A DNA stretch of 32,000 nt from Halomicronema hongdechloris C2206. Its GTDB lineage: Bacteria > Cyanobacteriota > Cyanobacteriia > Phormidesmidales > Phormidesmidaceae. Both the position numbers and the translations under genes were made by a program. Below the pieces are notes generated by a model. It made no database searches and was not told the origin of the DNA. It was given only the letters and a program-made list of their open reading frames with translations. The stretch lies in contig NZ_CP021983.2 of the NCBI RefSeq assembly GCF_002075285.3, positions 3,690,001-3,722,000 on the forward strand, written 5' to 3'. Each line of letters opens with the position of its first letter. The stretch's first letter is position 1. Of this stretch, positions 19,372 to 26,579 are shown one piece after another.

Positions 19372-19400
19372 GCCACCGCTCCAATGCTTTGGGCGGTGGC
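19372..19400. terminator. 12-bp bulged hairpin between convergent genes (possible bidirectional terminator)
   Basis: GCCACCGC (19372-79) pairs with GCGGTGGC (19393-400). Inner CCAA/TTGG pairs close a TGCT loop. There is no clear U-tract on either strand. Confidence 0.35.
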
Positions 19401-19527
19401 GAGCTAGTCAGCCTCCCTAGACTGGGCAATGGAGCGAGCGGCAATGTCTGCCAACACTATAAATGGGGGCTTATCGACACCGTCTATGGGGCATCTGTAG
19501 GGATCTCGAACCGTTACTTCCTCCCCC

Positions 19528-19923
19528 TCAAGGCCGAGGATCCTCAGAGGAATCGTCATCTGGCGGTAGAAACCGACGAACGATTTGGGTAAGGGTTTGC
19601 AGATGAGTCGGCTTGACCAAGTAATACCGCGCTCCCAGCGCCAGGGCTCGCTGTTGATCCGTGGCAAAGGCATAGCCTGACAGCACGATCACTGGCACAT
19701 CACGCCAGGGTGTGTCTTGCAATTGCTTGAGCAGGGTATACCCATCAATGTCAGGGAGTTTCAGGTTTAGCAGAATAAGCTGGGGCTGAAAAGCCTGCAG
19801 GTGGGTGAGCAAATTAATGCCCGTGTATAGTCCCATGACGCGATAACCGCAATATTCCAGATAGTCGGTGAGGAACAGGCGGTTGGCATCGTTGTCCTCT
19901 ATGATTAAGATGCGTCCGGCCAT
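19528..19923 (-). CDS. Single-domain CheY-like receiver protein with Asn in place of the phospho-acceptor Asp
   Basis: ATG at 19923. ILIIEDND ... QLILLNLKLPDIDG ... VIVLSG ... YLVKP. The codon at 19765-19767 (plus GTT, minus AAC) encodes the Asn. Confidence 0.85.
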   Translation of the reverse strand: MAGRILIIEDNDANRLFLTDYLEYCGYRVMGLYTGINLLTHLQAFQPQLILLNLKLPDIDGYTLLKQLQDTPWRDVPVIVLSGYAFATDQQRALALGARYYLVKPTHLQTLTQIVRRFLPPDDDSSEDPRP

Positions 19924-19970
19924 GCAGGCAATATTCGAGGGGCCAGCGGGGCCACTAAAGTTCTCTCATC

Positions 19971-21197
19971 TTACCGCCCTACTGTTCCTTTGACCGGAGG
20001 GGTTTTTCCCCGAATCCGATGGGGTGAATGGACCTGCAGAAAGTTGGCTATCCGATGGACAGCCTCTTCTAGTACAGCAACAGGATGCACCAGAGCCAGA
20101 CGTACGTAGCCTTCCCCTGCCTTGCCGAAGCCACGCCCTGGGGCCACAGCTACCCCCGTGGCCTCTACCAGCTGTACGCCGAAGTCAATGGAGTTGTCAG
20201 TCCAGGGCTGGGGGAGCTGGGCCCAGATGTACTGGGTGGCGGTCGGTGTGGGTACGGCCCAGCCGATGCGATCTAGGGCGGCGATGCAAGTATTTCGCCG
20301 CTGCCGAAAGGTCTCCACGGTTTGGTGCACGGTATCTTGGGGGCCGGTTAGGGCGGCGATGGCGCCCTGGAGGATGCCGCGATATTGGTTGAAGTCTATA
20401 TTGGCTTTCACCTGGCGCAGGGCGGTAATCAACTCGGCATTACCGATGGCGTAGCCCACTCGAAAGCCGCCCATGTTGTAGGACTTGGACATGGAGAAAA
20501 ATTCGATGGATACTCGCTTCTGACGGTCGGCCTGAAGCACTGAGGGGGCAGGCTGTCCGCTGTAGGTGACGTCGCCGTAGGGAAAGTCATGGACTAGCAC
20601 TAGTTGGTTGCGATCGCAAAAGGCCACCGCCTCCTGCCAGAACTCCAGGGATGCCTGGGCCGTAGTGGGGTTGTGGGGATAGCTCAGTACCATCATCCGG
20701 GCCTGGCTCAGCACCTGCGGGGAAATGTCCTGAAACTGGGGCAGAAAGCCATGGTCGGCCAACAGCGGCATGGTATAGATCTGACCGCTGGCCAAGTGCA
20801 CCCCGCCGGCATGGGAGGGATAACCTGGATCGGTGAGTAGGGCGAAGTCACCTGGATTCAGCAGGGCTAAGGGTAGGTGAGCTGTTCCTTCCTGAGAGCC
20901 AATCAGCAACAGGACTTCAGTCTCAGGGTCCACCGGCAGGCCAAATTTCTGCTCATACCAGGTGGCTACGGCCCGCCGAAAGGGATCGGTGCTGTGGAAG
21001 AGAGCATAGCCATGGGTGCTGGAATCGTAGAGGGCTGCTGCAATGGCATCCAGCACATGGGGGGCCGTGGGCAAATCCGAAGACCCTAAGGACAGATCGA
21101 TGATGGACTGTCCCGCTGCCATGGCATTGGCCTTGGCCCGGTCCATGTCGGCAAAGACATTGGTCTGCAACGGTGCCATTCGGTCAGCGAGTTGCAT
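19971..21197 (-). CDS. Class I/II PLP-dependent aminotransferase (AspC/AlaC-like); specificity not determinable here
   Basis: ATG at 21197. N-terminal IIDLSLGSSDLP, HNPT and the PLP-lysine motif SMSKSYNMGGFRVGY. Confidence 0.85.
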   Translation of the reverse strand: MQLADRMAPLQTNVFADMDRAKANAMAAGQSIIDLSLGSSDLPTAPHVLDAIAAALYDSSTHGYALFHSTDPFRRAVATWYEQKFGLPVDPETEVLLLIGSQEGTAHLPLALLNPGDFALLTDPGYPSHAGGVHLASGQIYTMPLLADHGFLPQFQDISPQVLSQARMMVLSYPHNPTTAQASLEFWQEAVAFCDRNQLVLVHDFPYGDVTYSGQPAPSVLQADRQKRVSIEFFSMSKSYNMGGFRVGYAIGNAELITALRQVKANIDFNQYRGILQGAIAALTGPQDTVHQTVETFRQRRNTCIAALDRIGWAVPTPTATQYIWAQLPQPWTDNSIDFGVQLVEATGVAVAPGRGFGKAGEGYVRLALVHPVAVLEEAVHRIANFLQVHSPHRIRGKTPPVKGTVGR

Positions 21198-21352
21198 AGT
21201 GTTACCTCTGGTGTCCCCGTTTTAGTAATCCCGTTCTCTACCGATCGAGCCCCCCTTGCAAACCCGCTGGATCAGGAGAGATGGCAATCGGTTAGCGCAG
21301 CAGGGTATCTTGCTTCCTGGCAGCGAGGGGATTGGCGCGGCGGATGTTCTAC

Positions 21353-22123
21353 CTACAATTGATCCAACTGAGACTTGAGTTCCTCTAGCTCCGCATCCAC
21401 ATTCTCATCAGTCGGTTGCTGCTGGGAGGTCTCCCCTTCCGGTAACGAGGCTTGATCGACGGACCCACCACTCAGCTGAGCTTTCATGGCGGCTAACTCC
21501 GCATCCACGTCACCGCCAGCCTCTAGGGCCGCAAACTGACTCTCGAGATCGGCACCGGCTAGCTCAGCGGCAGCCTGAGACCGGGCTTCCATCTGCATAA
21601 TTTTGTCTTCCATGCGTTCAAAGGCGCCCATGGCACTACTAGTGCCCAGGCGCCCCATGGTGCTCTGTAGTTGCTCATTGGCCTTAGCGGCACTGGCCCG
21701 AGCCCTGAGCATGTCTTTTTTGGTCTTAGCCTCTGAAATTTTCCCTTCTAAGGCAATCAGGTTGTGCTTCAGCTGCTCGACTTGTCCAGATTGTTGGTCG
21801 AGTTGGGCCTTGAGGGAACTGGCGGTTTCAGCCTGAGCCTTCTTGCGACTTAGTGCTTCCCGAGCCAGTTCTTCGTTCCCCTTCTGTAGAGCCAGTTGAG
21901 CCCGTTGATGCCAGGTGTTAGCTTCTGCCTGGGCCCGCTCGTGCTGCTGCTGAATCCGTTTCTGACTTGCGATCGCACTAGCTACAGCCTGGCGCATCTG
22001 CACCAGGTCTTCCTGCATATCAATGATGGCTTGCTCCAGGATCTTCTCTGGATCTTCCGCTGAGCTGACAGCAGCATTGAGATTGGACCGAATGACTCGG
22101 CTAACGCGATCAAATAACCCCAT
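21353..22123 (-). CDS. vipp1: Vipp1/IM30 (PspA family with C-terminal extension)
   Basis: MGLFDRVSRVIRSNLNAAVSSAEDPEKILEQAIIDMQEDL is the PspA/IM30 N-terminus. The 256-aa length and acidic C-terminal extension (VDAELEELKSQLDQL) fit Vipp1 rather than PspA. Confidence 0.9.
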   Translation of the reverse strand: MGLFDRVSRVIRSNLNAAVSSAEDPEKILEQAIIDMQEDLVQMRQAVASAIASQKRIQQQHERAQAEANTWHQRAQLALQKGNEELAREALSRKKAQAETASSLKAQLDQQSGQVEQLKHNLIALEGKISEAKTKKDMLRARASAAKANEQLQSTMGRLGTSSAMGAFERMEDKIMQMEARSQAAAELAGADLESQFAALEAGGDVDAELAAMKAQLSGGSVDQASLPEGETSQQQPTDENVDAELEELKSQLDQL

Positions 22124-22352
22124 GACGATGTCCTTACCCCTTCACTATTTGGTTTGCAGCTGATTTGCAAAGTTCCTGGCACCGCGTTCAAGGCTAGACC
22201 TGGCGCTTTACCAGGGAGAAAACAAAACTTCAGATCTCGAGTTGGATGTGGTGGCAGCAACCAGATCTAGAGCCACGGTCGTCCCCTTGCTCGAGGCATC
22301 TGCCCTAGTCTTAGCATAAGTCCGCCCCCGGGGACGATCTCTATTGCCCCGA

Positions 22353-22685
22353 TTACTCACCTGCTCCCCTAGACACCGGAGACGTTGGGTCAGTCAACGT
22401 CTCCAAGTTATCCGCCTGCCATTTCAGCACCGAGGCATTGACTCCTTGCTCGCGTTTGATTTTGGCTTCTTTCTCGAACCAGGCAATGATCTGCTGCGGC
22501 GTTAGGGCCGCGACGGAGGTGTCTAGGTCTGCCGCAATATAATTCAGCAGCTTGGCGGTGGAGATGGTGAGCCGGGTGAGGAACTTTTCTGGCGAACTCA
22601 GCAAGGCTTTATCTACCTCCGCCGACTCCTCTGGGGTTAGAAATTGAGCAGTTTGGTCCAGCATAGTCGCATCTGGCGTTCTCAT
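22353..22685 (-). CDS. Hypothetical protein (110 aa; could start at Met8)
   Basis: ATG at 22685. The composition looks coding and it runs on the same strand upstream of vipp1. I recognise no family. Confidence 0.5.
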   Translation of the reverse strand: MRTPDATMLDQTAQFLTPEESAEVDKALLSSPEKFLTRLTISTAKLLNYIAADLDTSVAALTPQQIIAWFEKEAKIKREQGVNASVLKWQADNLETLTDPTSPVSRGAGE

Positions 22686-23046
22686 TACCAGCCTAGCAAG
22701 TGAGCGGGCAGGGTAGTGCAGGCTGCTAGTCTGCGCGAGGAGACCACCCTAGACCCCATGGAAGGGCGGGTCGCTCGGTAGCGATGGCTCACGATAAAAC
22801 CACACTTGATCTCCCCGGTCAGAGAGCTCACCGGGGAAATTTCGCGTCCCTCAGACCCCCACGACCAGGGCAAACCGCCTGTAGTGAGCGTTGTCGAACT
22901 GCTTGTAGTGTATGGCTTTCAGCCAGGCTCCGCCAAGCGCGACAGCGGCTCCGCAGGAGCAACGAAGTCGAACTACTGCCCTGGACCTGCGGAAGGGCTT
23001 GTCGGTTAGTGGCGCTAGATCGCGTCGCATCGGCAAGGTAGCAATA

Positions 23047-23079
23047 AATTTTGAATTTTGAATTTTGAGTTTTGAATTG
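23047..23079 (+). repeat. Heptanucleotide tandem array AATTTTG x3, then AGTTTTG, then partial AATTG
   Basis: Units at 23047-53, 23054-60, 23061-67 and 23068-74 (one substitution), plus a partial unit at 23075-79. Confidence 0.95.
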
Positions 23080-23152
23080 AAGCCCGCTGCCTTTTCCCAT
23101 GCCCCTACCTCTTTCCTCATCCACCGTCTGACAGGGAACCAAACCATTCACT

Positions 23153-23205
23153 CACTCAACACTCAACACTCATCACTCATCACTCATCACTCATCACTCA
23201 TCACC
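23153..23205 (+). repeat. Heptanucleotide tandem array CACTCAA x2 + CACTCAT x5 + partial CACC
   Basis: Units start at 23153, 23160, 23167, 23174, 23181, 23188 and 23195. The array is preceded by a partial CACT at 23149-52. Confidence 0.95.
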
Positions 23206-23327
23206 TTCCTCCGCCCTCAGTCCTCTCTTTCCCCCGTGGGTCCTTCCCTGACCACTCATAACTTCTCTCGCTTAAGTAAAACGACCCACGCTACCTGTTT
23301 TCCTTGCCCCTTCCCTCTTCCCTCTCA

Positions 23328-24737
23328 TCACGCCCTCTGCTCAGGGCGGCCCCCCAGGAGATATCCCAGCGTGCACACCAGCAATCCATATACATTCACC
23401 CCCAAATCTAGGGCGTATTTGCCACCTCCCAGGCTGAGCCAAGCTGGAAAGAGGGTGAGGCTGGCGGCGTTTTCGACCACTCGCAGCACTCCAACGATTA
23501 ACCCGGGCCAGAAGGCGAAATGAAAGCTGAGGGGGCCGGCCGAGGGCAGAAACGACAGCAGAAAAATGGGGGCCAGCCCCATGACCATGGTGCCGCTGAT
23601 GGTGGTGGCCATAATCACAGCCGGGCCGATGCGATCGCCCATATAAATACTCAGCAGGGGCAAGTTGCCCAGCAATGCGATCGCAATAATCCACCAACGC
23701 CCCACAAACGCCTGAGCCTCGGTGGGCATCCCGCCTCGATTAAACCAGTCCCGTGCCCCCAATTTGGCCACACTGGAAAAGGTCGAATCTAGAGTGGAGC
23801 CGGCACTCGTGAGCATGATGGCATTGAACACCAGCAGCATAGGTAAGCCAAACAGGGCCGGTACAGTCAAGGCAGGGGAACCCTCTAGGCCATTGAGACG
23901 GGCATAGAGACCCACAAAGCTAAATAGAAAGATAAATCCACCACTGAGCACACCGGCCAGGATAAATCCCTTGACCATGGTGCGGGGAGAGGTAATAAAG
24001 GCCCGATCCGTCATCACCGGATCATGGAAGGGATAGCTAAAGATCTGGACAAAGGCGAGCCCACAAAAGGTAAGCCCCGCTAAGCGGGTATCGGTTTCCA
24101 CCGCTGGCAAGCCCTGACTCGCGAGCCCCGGCCCCAGCACCACCAGGATTAGCACCAGCAACCCAGCCCCTAGCACCATCTGGGCCCCATCAGTCAAGAG
24201 GCTGCTGCGCAAGCCCCCCCACAGGCTGTAATACACCGTAAACAGAGTCACCAAGAGCGCTGCCAGCCAGTAGCCACCGCTGCCCTCGGGACCAAAATAG
24301 AGGGAAAATACCTTGGTATTGGACCACACTTCGTTGAGCAAGCGAATGGCAATGGCCAGCAAAAAGAGGCGAGCACAGATTCGACCGTATTTGCTGACTA
24401 GGAATTCGGCAATGGAGCGGTATCCCCCCCACATGCGAATGAAATAGAGAGCGATGGCGGCCGTGACAAAGCTGAGATAGTAGATGGCGTAGCCGATACC
24501 TCCCCATACACCGAAGGCATGGGCCAGATTGGCCGCGTTGTCGATGGACTTAGCAAAAATCCAGGAGATGGCAGCACTGGCTACCAATAGCCACAATCCT
24601 GGTGCCCGGCCTTGCTCAGATTCTCCCTGGAAGAAGGCTGCCGCAGATGCCTTATGGGGGGTCGTCTGGCGGACAACCCGATAAACAAATAGGCCATAAC
24701 CGGCCAGAAGCGCCCAGGTTAAACTCGTTGTCAGCAT
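23328..24737 (-). CDS. Polytopic membrane transporter, probably sodium:solute symporter (SSF) family
   Basis: ATG at 24737, 469 aa, about 12 hydrophobic helices. The family call comes from overall resemblance (SIAEFLVSKYG, GGLRSSLLTDGAQM-type segments), not from a firm motif. Confidence 0.6.
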   Translation of the reverse strand: MLTTSLTWALLAGYGLFVYRVVRQTTPHKASAAAFFQGESEQGRAPGLWLLVASAAISWIFAKSIDNAANLAHAFGVWGGIGYAIYYLSFVTAAIALYFIRMWGGYRSIAEFLVSKYGRICARLFLLAIAIRLLNEVWSNTKVFSLYFGPEGSGGYWLAALLVTLFTVYYSLWGGLRSSLLTDGAQMVLGAGLLVLILVVLGPGLASQGLPAVETDTRLAGLTFCGLAFVQIFSYPFHDPVMTDRAFITSPRTMVKGFILAGVLSGGFIFLFSFVGLYARLNGLEGSPALTVPALFGLPMLLVFNAIMLTSAGSTLDSTFSSVAKLGARDWFNRGGMPTEAQAFVGRWWIIAIALLGNLPLLSIYMGDRIGPAVIMATTISGTMVMGLAPIFLLSFLPSAGPLSFHFAFWPGLIVGVLRVVENAASLTLFPAWLSLGGGKYALDLGVNVYGLLVCTLGYLLGGRPEQRA

Positions 24738-25180
24738 AGTTACATTAAAACTGCCCGAACTCTGGCCCTTACTGTCTCCAATGGAGCCCTAACGGGAGCT
24801 GATAGCCAGATGAATATTTACTGAGAAAAGCATACTGCCTTAAGGACTGACAGGGCCCTGCTTTGCCACCGGATTTCCTAGCTCTGTAGGAGACGGTGGC
24901 GTCATTGGCGATCCCATTTCCCCAGGGGTAATCTTGACTGAAACAAGAGTAAATCTCTCCTAAGTGCTTCGTTTTTCTTAAAAAACCCCGAAATCCACAT
25001 AAATTAAAGGTTCCATCGTTCCATATTGGCGGGGTTGCCCTTAGAATAGGGCAGTGAAATTTCGACTTTTCAGGGGTTTCAGCCATTTGGACGGATTTTT
25101 CCGCCATGCCAAGTCAGGACTGACCTGTTTGGTCAGGCGATACCTCCATACTTAGATAGTCCAATAGGAGACACAACGTT

Positions 25181-25456
25181 ATGAATAAAGGCGAACTCGT
25201 CGATCAGGTGGCCCAAAAAGCCTCCGTAACTAAGAAAGAAGCGGATGCTGTCATTACTGCCATGATTGATTCAGTCATGGAAGCCGTGGCCAATGGCGAC
25301 AAAGTGACCCTAGTCGGATTTGGGTCTTTTGAGCGCCGTGAACGCAAAGAACGAGAGGGGCGTAATCCCAAAACCGGAGATACTATGGTTATCCCGGCGA
25401 CTCGGGTACCTGCCTTTTCTGCCGGTAAGCAGTTTAAAGAGATGGTGGCCAAGTAG
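25181..25456 (+). CDS. hupB: DNA-binding protein HU
   Basis: AGGAG upstream. MNKGELVDQVAQKASVTKKEADAVI...GFGSFERRERKEREGRNPKTGDTMVIPATRVPAFSAGKQFK is canonical HU. Confidence 0.93.
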   Translation: MNKGELVDQVAQKASVTKKEADAVITAMIDSVMEAVANGDKVTLVGFGSFERRERKEREGRNPKTGDTMVIPATRVPAFSAGKQFKEMVAK

Positions 25457-25466
25457 TCTGAAGCCG

Positions 25467-26570
25467 TTGTCAACCTCTATAGTTCATCGACCATTTCATG
25501 GGGGGAATCTGACCTGGGCTGCTCAGTTGGCCGGTTGTCCCCCCAGTTCTCTATTAGATTTTTCCGCCAGTGTCAGTCCTTTGGGGCCGCCTGCCACTGT
25601 GCTGGCAGCGATTCAGGCCCAACTGTCTTCTCTGGCAACCTATCCAGATCCCGCCTACAGTCAATTACGCCAGGGCTTGGCCCGTCACCATGGCATTTCT
25701 CCGAACTGGATCTTGCCAGGCAATGGGGCCGCTGAACTATTGACGTGGGCCTGCCGTGAGTTGGCGACTCAGACGGCATGCCTACTACCTACACCTGCTT
25801 TTGGTGATTATCGTCGCGGATTGCAAGGATTTGCCGCCACCATCGTGTCCTGCCCCCTACTCACGAATCAGGGGACGGAGATCTCCCTAGAACAGGCCAT
25901 CGCTTCGGCCCCACAACGCCAGGGGATATCCCCAGACTCGGGACTATTGTTGAATAATCCCCACAATCCTACCGGGCGCCTATTCCACCGAGATCAGATC
26001 CTGCCCCTGTTGGATACCTGTGCCCTAGTGGTGGTAGACGAGGCGTTCATGGATTTTCTGCCACCCGGGCAACAACAGAGTGTGATCGATCTGGTCGGCC
26101 CCTATGACAATTTGGTGGTGGTGCGATCGCAAACCAAGTTTTACAGCCTGCCGGGGCTACGCCTAGGCTACGCCATTGCCCAACCAGAGCGGCTGCAGCG
26201 CTGGCAACACTGGCGTGATCCGTGGCCTGTGAACATATTGGCTGCCACCGCCGCCCTAGCTGCCATTCAAGATCAACCCTTTCAACAACAGAGCTGGGCC
26301 TGGTTAGGGCAAGCTCGGCCTCAACTCGTCGATGGCCTCACTCAGCTGCCAGGACTGATGCCATGGCCAGGTGCGGCCAACTATCTACTGGTGCGTTCTG
26401 ATGTGCCAGTTCCTCCCCTGCAGGAAGCCCTACTGCGCCGACATCGCATCCTGATCCGAGATTGTCTCAGCTTTCCTGAATTGGGAGAACACTACTTCCG
26501 AGTCGCCATCCGCACCCCAGACGATAATCAACGGCTATTGACCGCCCTAGCTGACGTACTAATTGGCTGA
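25467..26570 (+). CDS. cobD: Threonine-phosphate decarboxylase (cobalamin biosynthesis, CobD; HisC-like fold)
   Basis: FHGGNLTWAAQLAG...LLDFSASVSPLGPP, NNPHNPTG, VVDEAFMDF, SQTKFYSLPGLRLGY and ANYLLVRS...ILIRDC...YFRVAIRT align well with my memory of Salmonella CobD. The track start (TTG 25320) lies inside hupB. The only in-frame start-like codon after the hupB stop and before HGGN is TTG 25467. Confidence 0.8.
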   Translation: MSTSIVHRPFHGGNLTWAAQLAGCPPSSLLDFSASVSPLGPPATVLAAIQAQLSSLATYPDPAYSQLRQGLARHHGISPNWILPGNGAAELLTWACRELATQTACLLPTPAFGDYRRGLQGFAATIVSCPLLTNQGTEISLEQAIASAPQRQGISPDSGLLLNNPHNPTGRLFHRDQILPLLDTCALVVVDEAFMDFLPPGQQQSVIDLVGPYDNLVVVRSQTKFYSLPGLRLGYAIAQPERLQRWQHWRDPWPVNILAATAALAAIQDQPFQQQSWAWLGQARPQLVDGLTQLPGLMPWPGAANYLLVRSDVPVPPLQEALLRRHRILIRDCLSFPELGEHYFRVAIRTPDDNQRLLTALADVLIG

Positions 26571-26579
26571 CGTTGCTTC

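Noticed and set aside
5263-21225. Numerous 60-125-aa ORFs lying antisense or out of frame inside long genes (for example 5263..5553, 7031..7297, 8482..8748, 10813..11040, 12265..12594, 20024..20392, 27324..27569)
   Set aside because: These are shadow ORFs typical of GC-rich coding DNA. Each is fully contained in a gene with strong family evidence.
22979-23010. SRP RNA-like GGAA tetraloop context (CCUGGACCUGCGGAAGGGCUUGUCGG); the whole 22690-23045 segment was also considered as tmRNA or RNase P RNA
   Set aside because: It lacks the conserved SRP AGCAGC/GGUCC pairing and has no tmRNA acceptor end, T-arm or plausible tag ORF ending in hydrophobic residues. It has no RNase P GGAAAGUCC motif on either strand.
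23307-23335. Canonical G-quadruplex on the minus strand at the symporter stop
   Set aside because: Four G-runs exist, but one loop is 10 nt, outside the strict G3+N1-7 definition. It is kept only as part of the strand-asymmetry finding.
22784-23523. Track ORFs 22784..23041(+), 22806..23009(+), 22828..23151(-), 22851..23147(-) and 23065..23523(+)
   Set aside because: They are mutually overlapping, Arg/Ser/Pro-rich or low-complexity translations of GC-rich or repeat DNA. 23065..23523 starts at a TTG inside the heptamer array and runs antisense to the symporter. None resembles a protein family.
24794-24830. TPP-riboswitch-like words (CUGAUAGCCAG and CUGAGA) on the plus strand
   Set aside because: The two elements are in the wrong order for a THI-box, they lie on the strand with no downstream gene for about 350 nt, and the rest of the consensus is absent.
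24861-24882. Cobalamin-riboswitch-like GGAAAUCCGGUGGC on the minus strand in the symporter leader
   Set aside because: This is only a short resemblance to the GGUGAAAAUCC core. No B12 box (GCCACUG in the right context) or the expected surrounding helices could be traced.
24769-25107. 112-aa minus-strand ORF in the symporter/HU intergenic region
   Set aside because: It has no recognisable domain, an atypical composition, and would occupy the divergent promoter region. Treated as spurious.
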